Assembly: GCA_963848135.1 (NCBI GenBank)
Contig: CAWKCK010000018.1
Span: 696,938-760,937 of the forward strand
DNA length: 64,000 nt
Source: an uncultured delta proteobacterium
GTDB lineage: Bacteria > Desulfobacterota > Desulfobacteria > Desulfobacterales > SG8-13
Reading direction: 5' to 3'
Shown here piece after piece: positions 19,122 to 27,909 of the stretch. Below the pieces are notes generated by a model. That model worked only from the letters and a program-made list of their open reading frames with translations, was not told the origin of the DNA and did not search any database. Positions within the stretch are counted from its first letter, which is position 1. The number at the start of each line of letters is the position of its first letter. Both the position numbers and the translations under genes were made by a program.

Positions 19122-21983
19122 ATGATGAAAAAATATTTCTTGCTACCTTTCGTTGCCATGCTGCACCTCTGCCTACTGGCACCCCATGGATGGTCGGCAT
19201 CATCGACACGGTTGTTCGATATCCGATTCGGCCAGCACACCGGTTTCAGCCGCCTGGTTATCGATTCCGCCGGTGCCCGGCCGCTAAAAATTGGACCGGT
19301 ATCGGCCCAAGGGCTTCCCATTGTCTTCGATCAACTCGAAGTGGTGGGTGATAAAAGCAAAATCTTCGGGGAAATGAGAGGCGCTGTCGCGCGCGTGAGC
19401 CTCGATCGTGGGAACAACCAACCGATGGTATCGGTTATTTTCAAGCGCCCCAATACACAAGTCAAATCTTTTTTCATGAAGGGCCAATCTTCCACACCGG
19501 ATTCATACCGCCTCGTTCTCGATTTTTATCCGGAAGGCAACCAGGCATCCGGCCCCGGTACCGCCGTTCCGCTGGCATCTGCGGTGGCCGGCGCGACCGT
19601 AGCGGCCGCAGCGACTGCATTATCTAAGACATCGCCCCCCCCGACGGTGATCGCGGCATCGTCGACAGCGCAGACTTCACCGTCAGCAAAGCAACCCATC
19701 AGCGCACCAGCGAGTGCGGTTTCCGAAGCAAGCAGCACGCCGGCGGCGACGACGACAGTTGCAGCAGAAAGCAGCGATGCGGCGGCGACCGGAGAGGTTC
19801 AGAATTCACAACCACCGGCCCCGGCTGAAGAACAGGAAGAAGAAGCCGGCGATAAGATGTCTTTTGCAGACAGATTCTCCGGAGAAGCCACCCTGATTGG
19901 CCGACCATATATTTCGGGCGATGATGAATCTTCGAACTTCACCCAATACGGGGAGTATAACAATGTGACCGGCGCATGGTCGATCAAATATTCGGACCTG
20001 GAACGGTACTTCTTCAGTACCGATGCCGCTAATGTCGGTCAGGACAATCAATATTATTTTCTCGGCGGTGGTCGTTACGGCAAATTTAAATTCGGCCTGA
20101 GCTACGATGAAATTCCACACAAGTATGCCTTCAACCAAAAGACGCTCTATAACGGTGTCGGCTCCCAAACGCTTTTATTATCCGACGCCCTGCAATCCGA
20201 TCTTCAAGGCCTGGCCGGCGACCCGGTCGCCCAGGCCGATCAATTAAACACGGCCTATGCCACTGCTAACATCGGCGACCCGCAAGTCCAACGGAAAGAT
20301 CTGGCACTGAACATGGACCTGGTGGCACTCGACCCGTTCAGCCTGAGGATCGAATTTGCCGGAGAAAAACAGGAGGGCACCCGGCCGCTGTTCGGCTCGT
20401 TCAGCCTGAATAACGCCATGGAACTTTTCGAACCAGTCAACAATGAGACCTTCGACATGAAGTTCATTGCCGAGTATGCCAAAAAGTCCTATTTTCTTAA
20501 CGCCACTTACTATTTCCAGAACTTCAACAACAAAAACGACACCCTCACTTTCGACAACCCGTTCCGGGTCGATGACGCCTTGTTTGGACCGTCCAATGGC
20601 CGACTCGACCTGGCCCCGGACAACAATTATCAGAACATTTCGCTGTCGGGTTCTTACATGGATTTGCCGTTCAGAACCCGCCTCTCGGGAACAGCGGCCT
20701 GGGGGTGGATGAGCCAGGATGACGCGTTGATCCCATTTACGACAAACTCGGCCCTGGCTCCTCCCGGTGTGCCTATTGACTATACCAGCCCGTCGAGCCT
20801 TCCAACCCAGAAAGCCGATGTCAAGGTGAACACCGCCCTATACCAACTCGCCTTGTCCTCAAACCCTTTGGCGTTCATGCATGTGAAAGGTAATTTTCGC
20901 TACTATAGTTACGACAACGATACGGACCCAGTGGCATTCCCCGATGGGTATGTCAACTCGGATTCATTCCCGGTCGTGGGTGTGCTACCGAATCCCATAT
21001 CGACCCTGCCGTCGAGTTACAGCACGACCAAAGCCGATATTGACGTGGGGTTCGATATATGGACCCAAACCCGGCTCAACCTGAAGTACACCTACAATCT
21101 GATAGAACGGACGAACCGGGAGGTCGATCGGCAGCATGACAACATTTTCGGGGTATCGATCGACTCCAACCGGCTCGATTGGCTGGGGTGGCGACTGGCC
21201 TATGATCGAACCGAAACCGATATCAATAACTACATTTATGACATTTATTTGAAAGGCGGACAGGACCTGGAACAATTGCCGGCATTGAGAAAATACGACC
21301 AGGCCGATGTTTCACGGGACAGGCTTCGCTTTACCATGAATCTGTATCCCACCGATCAGCTAAACTTCGGAGGAAGCCTTGTTTACGGGCGCGATAACTT
21401 CAGTGACTCGCCCTACGGGTTGACCAGCAGCAAGTACTACTCTTTCTCGCTGGACGCCGGTTATGCCCTCACGGATAGAATGGATATCAATGCCTTTTGG
21501 GTCTATGAAAAATATAAAAACGAGCAGATCGCTCAGGGAGGGTTCGATGCAAACAATGACGGACTCCTGACGGTCACCGATTGGCTGGCCGAGGGTCAGG
21601 ACGAAATCAACACATTCGGCCTGGGCGTCAAATACGCGCTGATCCCCAAGAAGCTCGATTTCGATCTCAATTACTCCTTCACCAAGACCGACGGCTCGAT
21701 CGATTTTGATATTCCTGTTGGTGGGGTTGACAACTTCGACACGGTGAATGACTCCACCCTGAATGCCCTGGACACCCGGCTCACATATAATTTCTTCAAA
21801 AGTTACTATTTCATTCTCGGTTATTACTGGGAACGGTTCGACTACGACGACTATAACACGCAAGGCTTCACAAACGTACCAACGGATGCCAGCGGGGCAT
21901 ACAACGGCGCCCTGCTCTCAGACTCTCTTTGGGAACCCTATAACGCCTATTATATTTACACCAACATCGCCGTTAAGTTCTAA
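19122..21983 (+). CDS. MtrB/PioB-family outer-membrane beta-barrel with an extra N-terminal AMIN-like domain and Ala/Thr/Pro/Glu linker
   Basis: Follows the decaheme gene. Motifs GRYGKFK..YDEIPH, DNPF, LAPDN, LRKYDQADVSR and a terminal F. The N-terminus reads IRFGQHTGFSRLVID...YRLVLDFY. Confidence 0.88.
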   Translation: MMKKYFLLPFVAMLHLCLLAPHGWSASSTRLFDIRFGQHTGFSRLVIDSAGARPLKIGPVSAQGLPIVFDQLEVVGDKSKIFGEMRGAVARVSLDRGNNQPMVSVIFKRPNTQVKSFFMKGQSSTPDSYRLVLDFYPEGNQASGPGTAVPLASAVAGATVAAAATALSKTSPPPTVIAASSTAQTSPSAKQPISAPASAVSEASSTPAATTTVAAESSDAAATGEVQNSQPPAPAEEQEEEAGDKMSFADRFSGEATLIGRPYISGDDESSNFTQYGEYNNVTGAWSIKYSDLERYFFSTDAANVGQDNQYYFLGGGRYGKFKFGLSYDEIPHKYAFNQKTLYNGVGSQTLLLSDALQSDLQGLAGDPVAQADQLNTAYATANIGDPQVQRKDLALNMDLVALDPFSLRIEFAGEKQEGTRPLFGSFSLNNAMELFEPVNNETFDMKFIAEYAKKSYFLNATYYFQNFNNKNDTLTFDNPFRVDDALFGPSNGRLDLAPDNNYQNISLSGSYMDLPFRTRLSGTAAWGWMSQDDALIPFTTNSALAPPGVPIDYTSPSSLPTQKADVKVNTALYQLALSSNPLAFMHVKGNFRYYSYDNDTDPVAFPDGYVNSDSFPVVGVLPNPISTLPSSYSTTKADIDVGFDIWTQTRLNLKYTYNLIERTNREVDRQHDNIFGVSIDSNRLDWLGWRLAYDRTETDINNYIYDIYLKGGQDLEQLPALRKYDQADVSRDRLRFTMNLYPTDQLNFGGSLVYGRDNFSDSPYGLTSSKYYSFSLDAGYALTDRMDINAFWVYEKYKNEQIAQGGFDANNDGLLTVTDWLAEGQDEINTFGLGVKYALIPKKLDFDLNYSFTKTDGSIDFDIPVGGVDNFDTVNDSTLNALDTRLTYNFFKSYYFILGYYWERFDYDDYNTQGFTNVPTDASGAYNGALLSDSLWEPYNAYYIYTNIAVKF

Positions 21984-22187
21984 TCCGAAAATTTCCTTTA
22001 ATTCAAGAATACAGCCGTAGTAAATCTACTGCAAGTCCTTGATAACGCAGCCAATGGATGTCTCAGTGAGCGCCCAAAGGGTGAAGTCTTTTCTGCTTGT
22101 CTCTAAAAATCATATGTTGCAAACTGTGCTTTGACTATTATGCTTCAATATCAGTTCAAGTATCTAAAATTCCATATATTTTAGCCC

Positions 22188-22451
22188 TCGGGGAGTTTTC
22201 ACCACCCGGTAGCGGAGAGAATAATCAGCGACTTCAGCGCGCAAACTCATGCATAAGGCAACCTAAGGAAAGAACAGATTTCATAATGATATAAAACTTT
22301 TGAGCTCAGTTCACTTATTGTGATCCGAATCTGATAACCGGGGTTCCCGCTGTTCTTTCCCAAAGTTGCCTAATGCATTCGGACAGTGCACGCTTTCGCT
22401 GCTGATCACTCCCTCCGCTCTGGTTCAGCATTTGCGGGAAAAACTCCCCGA
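22188..22451. repeat. Repeat family A, copy 1: 264-bp foldback element with 12-bp TIR
   Basis: tcggggagtttt / aaaactccccga ends and long self-complementary arms. Highly similar to 23201-23464. Confidence 0.9.
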
Positions 22452-22530
22452 CCCCTGATATATTTAATCGCAGCTTAGAAAAGAATTCATAAAATATTCG
22501 GGATAGAACCTTGCGTGTCTTTGACGCGGT

Positions 22531-22800
22531 TTAGGTGAGCTCTTTCGCTGTCTCGTTGACGGCCCGCACCAGATCGTCGATGGCATCGTGAATGCCTTCA
22601 CTGACCGAACCGCTGGTTTCCAGCGGTCCCCCGGACTTTTCCCTGACCACTGTTTTGAGTTCTTCCAAGCGTTGAACTTTTTGCTCGTATGCCGTGCGTT
22701 GCTCTGCCCCCATCCCTTCTATTTTTTCGGAGTAAATCTGTCGGATGAGATCATCGGCTTCAGCCACAACCTGATCTATTTTACTGGGTTTGAAATCCAT
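22531..22800 (-). CDS. Hypothetical 89-aa helical protein
   Basis: Strong RBS (aaggagg), ATG start and coiled-coil-like composition. Confidence 0.7.
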   Translation of the reverse strand: MDFKPSKIDQVVAEADDLIRQIYSEKIEGMGAEQRTAYEQKVQRLEELKTVVREKSGGPLETSGSVSEGIHDAIDDLVRAVNETAKELT

Positions 22801-23200
22801 CTTTTTTTCCTCCTTTCCTTACTCTGGTTAACCTTGACTTCCTGGCGGCGAGAAAGCTGTCATATCAATTATTATCTGGATTTTGAACGAGTCGGAGGGT
22901 TTCATCTGCAAGGCATTTAAGGGCGCGGCCATAGTGGAACTATTGCAAGTCCCTAATAACGCAGCAGATGTAGGCCTGCGGCTCGCTCGAAGGGTGAAAA
23001 TTGAAAAAATAAAATGACTTTTATCATTTTTACCTACTTGGTGATTCATATCGATTCTCAAAATCGTATGAAATGCCGTTATTATTATTTTCCTATATAC
23101 TTTTTTAATTTTCATGCAAGATTCAGGTATTAATGTCTTATAGTGGATAAGATAAGGCTGATTCGTAAAATGAAAAGTATTCACTTAAATAATCGAGCCC

Positions 23201-23464
23201 TTGGGGAGTTTTCACCATCCGGTAGCGGAGGGAATACTCAGCGACTTCAGCGCGCAAACTCATGCATAAGGCAACCTAAGGAAAGAACAGATTTCATAAT
23301 GATATAAAACCATTGAGCTCAATTCACCTATTATGGTCCGAATCTGAAAGTTGGAGTTCCCGCTGTTCTTTCCCAAAGTTGCCTAATGCATTCGGACAGT
23401 GCACGCTTTCGCTGCTGATCACTCCCTCCGCTCTGGTTCAGTATTTGAGGGAAAAACTCCCCGA
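23201..23464. repeat. Repeat family A, copy 2 (264 bp)
   Basis: Direct copy of 22188-22451, with the same length and ends. Confidence 0.9.
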
Positions 23465-23553
23465 CCTCTTAAATAGTCCGCACGCGGATTAAGAATTGAC
23501 ACCATCTGGATTTTCCCATTTAATCGAACATATGTCCAACCAAGAGGTTCTGA

Positions 23554-24870
23554 ATGCATCACCAAACATTAATAAAAGATCTCGTCCAAAACCCGGCCAT
23601 CCGGGATTATATCGTCTCATTCAGTAACAGTGAGGTTCTGTGCGTCGAAGGGGCCGATACCAAGGACCTGTTTATCCTCCTCTCCGGTGCACTGGAACTT
23701 TTCAAGGGGAGCAACAAAATTGCCGAAATATCCGGCGAAGGTGCTCCGGTGGGCGAAATCTCGTTTCTGCTCGGATCAAAAAGGACCGCGACGGTCAAGG
23801 CCGTCACTGACGGGGAGGCCATTCGGATTCCGCACGCCAAACTGGAACAGGAGCTCAAAAATTTCCCATCGCTGATGTGGTTGATTGCCGAATATTTAGC
23901 CCGCCGCCTGGATGCACGGACAGAGACTCTGCATGCCCTGAAGGAGTTCTGTGACAACCTGCCGGACGCTGTCGTCGCCGCCAAAAAAGACGGGAACATT
24001 ATCGCCTGGAACCGCGCGGCTGAGACTCTGTTCGGATGTGGTTGGGCTGAGATGGAAAATGGCGCGATGTCAGAACTTTACGATCATCCGGATCAGTTCA
24101 CCAAGGCGCTAAGCGAATTGAAAAAGCCCGACAGTGTAAGGGAAGAAATCCTCAAGGTGAAGCATCCGATAAAGGGTGATCGCTATATTGCCACCAATCT
24201 GAGTTTGCTCACTGACAGTCAAGGCCAAACCGATGGCGTCCTGGCTATGAGTCGGGACGTAACCGACATCCAGAGGATAAAGCGTAAATACCAGCGCTTT
24301 CGTTTGTGGTTCATCCCCCTGCTGATTGCCCTGGGCCTCGGTACGGCCGCTTTCTTTTATGCGTCGCCCCAATTTCTGCAAGATAAAAAAATCATCAGTA
24401 TCAAGCAACAGGCGCTGCGCGATCAGATCGCCAACGACTACCTGCTGTTGAAATCGATCCTGAAGGAAGCGTTTGCTTCCAGGAACCGCGATAAAGCGAA
24501 CCAGGCCATGTCGGAATTCTTCCGGCTTCAAAAAGATGCGCTGGCGCCCTACCGTGGCGTTGTCTTGCTGGGAACGGATAAAAGGATCTTTGCCTCATTT
24601 GCCATGGATGAAAAGAAGAAACTGGATGGAATCATCGGCAGCAGTTACGCCGGGGTTCCGTTTACAGGGAGGGAGGATTCGCATCACAGCGTGCTCTCGT
24701 TATATTGGGACGATGGTCAGCAGTCGCTCGGGCAAAAAGGTATCGAGGTGGCATTTCGAATTGTCGAGAACGGGATCGAGGCCGGATGGCTGGTATTACA
24801 GATGGACGCAGAACGATTGGCCAGTGAGTTCGATGCGGATGAGGAAACCCTGAGAATATTTAGATTTTAA
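23554..24870 (+). CDS. Membrane signalling protein: cNMP-binding + PAS + TM + extracytoplasmic Cache-like domain
   Basis: DLFILLSG...GEISFL..KRTATVKA (cNMP), NLPDAVV...IIAWNRAAETLFG...SRDVT (PAS), and one TM (WFIPLLIALGLGTAAFFY). Confidence 0.8.
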   Translation: MHHQTLIKDLVQNPAIRDYIVSFSNSEVLCVEGADTKDLFILLSGALELFKGSNKIAEISGEGAPVGEISFLLGSKRTATVKAVTDGEAIRIPHAKLEQELKNFPSLMWLIAEYLARRLDARTETLHALKEFCDNLPDAVVAAKKDGNIIAWNRAAETLFGCGWAEMENGAMSELYDHPDQFTKALSELKKPDSVREEILKVKHPIKGDRYIATNLSLLTDSQGQTDGVLAMSRDVTDIQRIKRKYQRFRLWFIPLLIALGLGTAAFFYASPQFLQDKKIISIKQQALRDQIANDYLLLKSILKEAFASRNRDKANQAMSEFFRLQKDALAPYRGVVLLGTDKRIFASFAMDEKKKLDGIIGSSYAGVPFTGREDSHHSVLSLYWDDGQQSLGQKGIEVAFRIVENGIEAGWLVLQMDAERLASEFDADEETLRIFRF

Positions 24871-25028
24871 AATAGGCAAATATTTCTGCAAGAATACAAT
24901 TCGGCTTGACCGCTGCCGTGTAAGCGCCTAAATATGACCTGTAGGCGATCATCGCCCCCGTAATTTCACGCATGTTTTTCAGTACGTTCAAAAAGAACGA
25001 CAGTGTAGATTATTTACATGGTGTCATT

Positions 25029-25733
25029 ATGACCAAACTATTCAACGTGCTGCCGTCTCTGTGTACAGTGCTTGCCATTCTGATCGCGCCGCTGTTTTAT
25101 ACCTATGCCGGCGAATCGACGGTCGTGGCAGATGACCGCCCGTCGGAGAATCAACCGATTACAATCAGCGTGCAGAATGAACCGCTGGGACAGGTGCTGG
25201 AGAAAATCGGAGAAGAAACCGGGTTTGCCTTCAGCATCGATGTGCAGTGGAAAACTCATCCGGTGAGCGTCTCTCTTCGGCAAACGCCCCTGCATAAAGG
25301 TCTGAAACGCATTCTGGCCGATCTGAACAACGTGATCATTTATGAGTCGAACAACAAGGTAAAAATTATTATCCTTGGAAAGATCGAACAGAGTAAGAGG
25401 GCACCTGTATCCGGAGCAGCTCCCAAATATCAACCCACGCCAGCCTATCAACAACCCGGCCCGAGACCTGAGCCTGAGCCCGAACCTGAACCAGAGGTAC
25501 CGGATGAGCCTCCGGAACCTGAACCCAATACCGATGAGCAAACAGAGGAAAAAGCCGGAGCCGATTCCAACGGGGCAGAGGATGGTGAGAAAGCGGAGGA
25601 ACCTGCGCCAGAAGGTCAGGTAGAAGAGGGTTCAGCGGAAGATCAAGCGGCGGCAGAGAATGCCCCGGAAGCGCCGGAGAATCCCGCTGAAGTTAAAGAA
25701 GAATCTCCCGACGCCGATACCGCCGCAGAATAA
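25029..25733 (+). CDS. STN (secretin/TonB short N-terminal) domain protein with a Pro/Glu-rich tail
   Basis: ITISVQNEPLGQVLEKIGEETGFAF...VSVSLRQTPLHKGLKRIL, followed by PEPEPEPE and an acidic tail. The start could be 24972. Confidence 0.7.
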   Translation: MTKLFNVLPSLCTVLAILIAPLFYTYAGESTVVADDRPSENQPITISVQNEPLGQVLEKIGEETGFAFSIDVQWKTHPVSVSLRQTPLHKGLKRILADLNNVIIYESNNKVKIIILGKIEQSKRAPVSGAAPKYQPTPAYQQPGPRPEPEPEPEPEVPDEPPEPEPNTDEQTEEKAGADSNGAEDGEKAEEPAPEGQVEEGSAEDQAAAENAPEAPENPAEVKEESPDADTAAE

Positions 25734-25799
25734 CAGAACGGCGGCTGAACCCGAAAATTCAATGAAATCTTTTCTGCATCCCAATACCCTTGATTCAGG

Positions 25800-26669
25800 C
25801 TACTGAGATCCGGTTTTTTTCAATTCTTCATCGATAATCGCCTTAAAACCATTAAGCGACCGGTCCCGCAATGTCCGCCCGTTAATGAAAACCACCGGGG
25901 TGCCCTTCACGCCCGCTTTTTGAGCGTCTTGCATGTCCTGGCGAATTTGATTCATAATGTCGGGCGCCTTCCGTGCTTGCTCGAACTTTTTCTGGTCCAA
26001 CTTCAGCACGACGGCTATATCGTTGATCATTTTGTCGTTCAATCGATTGTAATTTTTAAACAACTGGTCATGAAATTCCCAAAATTTGCCCTGGCTACCG
26101 GCAGCGAGGGCCGCTGTTGCTGCATTCATGGCATTTTTGTGGTTGCGGAGGGGGAAGTTTTTAAAGACAATTTTTACTTTTCCGGGATACGTCTCGAGCA
26201 CCTGCTCGAGTAGCGGCACGAGTTGCGCGCAGTACGGTCACTCGAAGTCGCTGAAAACGGCGATGAGCACTGGCGCGTTTTCTGCGCCCTTGTAGGGGGA
26301 GCCGGACACGTCGATCTGCTGGATGTAATCGATCGCGAGAACCCTTACCCTTTTGTCCTTCGAACTGCTCAGGAGCAGCACATTTCCTTGGGGCCCGACG
26401 TTTATCCGGTCCACGTGCCCATCGACAATGATTTTTTCCGCCAGAGCGGTTCCAGATGAGTAGATCAGGATTTCCCCGTTAGCAGTCAGGACAAACATCT
26501 TCTGCCAGTCCGGCGACATCGCAACGTCGACGGGGGCCGCGTCAAGATCGATCGACTGTCTGATGGCCCACTCAACCTCCGCCGATGCAACACTCCAGAC
26601 CCAAAAAGGAAATGCGGCCACCGCCATCAGGAGCAAGACTGTTTTCAATTTCGTTGTTTTCAATTTCAT
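25800..26669 (-). CDS. Selenoprotein DsbA/thioredoxin-fold oxidoreductase (UxxC), 289 aa with UGA read-through
   Basis: FSDFE-TGA-PYCAQL runs in frame into VPLLEQ...KNFPLRNH...GVKGTP. A SECIS-like hairpin follows the UGA. Confidence 0.9.
26193..26210 (-). promoter_or_regulatory. Putative bacterial SECIS stem-loop
   Basis: CUCGAGC-AGGU-GCUCGAG. The stem starts 27 nt and the loop 34 nt after the UGA, with G in loop position 2. Confidence 0.7.
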
Positions 26670-26747
26670 TCCCGATACCTCTTTGCGATAGTAAACGTTA
26701 TAAATGAATGCATAGCGCGTTGAGTCAACCAGATAACCCGATGGCTG

Positions 26748-27749
26748 TCAATAGCCGTCCAGCCTGAAATCCGAGAAGATCATCGGATACACCGAAATGG
26801 CCGTGAAAACAATATATCCGATCATCGACCATATACTGAGCTTCTTCTGCAGCTGGGGGATAACCGTCTTCAGCGATGGGACATCCCGAAAACGGTCGAT
26901 CACCCCGACGCCGGCACCGGTGATCCCCGCGGTAAAAAGCGCCAGATACAACGGGTAACCAACATAGTGGTATTCCCCCTGCAACAGGCAGAAGGGGCAA
27001 TGATGGGTCGGCAGTTCATAATAATACACCGATATGACCGCAATTACAGCGCCAATGGAAAAAACCATCATGCCGGTGCTCAACCAGGAAAATATGCGGG
27101 TGCCCCGCCCCGTCACGATGACATGGATACCGGTACGCAGCACGAGAACCACACCCAGGTACAGAAGCACTTTTGTTGCGTATGACGGCAGCGACGCCAG
27201 GTCACCGGCAATACTCTGCGTATCCGTGCTGAAAAGAGTGCCGCAGCAGGATGTGATCACATCGGCCTTTAATCCGCCAAAATAGTTCACCGTCAGATAG
27301 GTTTCCAGAGCGAGCATGGCGGCGATTCCCATGAGGAATCGGTATTTGCGCCGGATCAGCGGATAGTCAGCCGCCTGGCCGTCGGCGTAATTCACGATCA
27401 GCCACAGCCCGCACAGGAAGAAATTCAAGAGCTTCACCACCAACAACGGGTAACCGTAGGGGTTTACATTGAGGGTACCGGCGGCGCACATGGCACCAAC
27501 AAAGAGGCTGTGGATGTGGTCACCGGTGTAGATAAAGAGGAAGGTCGAAAAAAGGGCCATCCCGAACAGGTATGCCATAACCGTGGATATCAGGTAGGTT
27601 TTGCGCTCCAGGGCCAGTTGGCGCTCGCTGCCGCTGTGGATATCCCAGTACCGGATGATCCGCAGGCCGAAGATCGAGGCATAGGCCGCGTAAGCGGTCA
27701 CCAGCAGGGAACTGAGAATAATGGCGATGATGGCCGGACTGAGGATCAA
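26748..27749 (-). CDS. Conserved multi-TM membrane protein with Cys/His motifs
   Basis: Several TMs plus GAMCAAG, TSCCG and THHCPFC motifs. Co-oriented with the NosL/ABC operon. Start uncertain (27749-27779). Confidence 0.75.
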   Translation of the reverse strand: MILSPAIIAIILSSLLVTAYAAYASIFGLRIIRYWDIHSGSERQLALERKTYLISTVMAYLFGMALFSTFLFIYTGDHIHSLFVGAMCAAGTLNVNPYGYPLLVVKLLNFFLCGLWLIVNYADGQAADYPLIRRKYRFLMGIAAMLALETYLTVNYFGGLKADVITSCCGTLFSTDTQSIAGDLASLPSYATKVLLYLGVVLVLRTGIHVIVTGRGTRIFSWLSTGMMVFSIGAVIAVISVYYYELPTHHCPFCLLQGEYHYVGYPLYLALFTAGITGAGVGVIDRFRDVPSLKTVIPQLQKKLSIWSMIGYIVFTAISVYPMIFSDFRLDGY

Positions 27750-27771
27750 GGTATTATCTTTCCTTCGGAAA

Positions 27772-27840
27772 GAGCTCAATGCTCAAAGGTAAAGGCTCAA
27801 AGCAAATGAAGTTCAAGGCAGATGAGCTCAATGCTCAAAG
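27772..27840. repeat. Degenerate heptamer (gctcaaa) tandem array downstream of the four-helix-bundle gene
   Basis: gagctcaatgctcaaaggtaaaggctcaaagcaaatgaagttcaagg..., inverted relative to 29928-30028. Confidence 0.8.
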
Positions 27841-27909
27841 AAAAAAACAGTATTAATACTCAGCTCTTTTAGATAAAACATCGGTCATGCAATATCTTAA
27901 GACTTTTTT

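Noticed and set aside
22828..23184. 118-aa ORF between the family A repeats
   Set aside because: AT-rich, alternative start codon, no RBS or motif, and it overlaps a duplicated non-coding motif.
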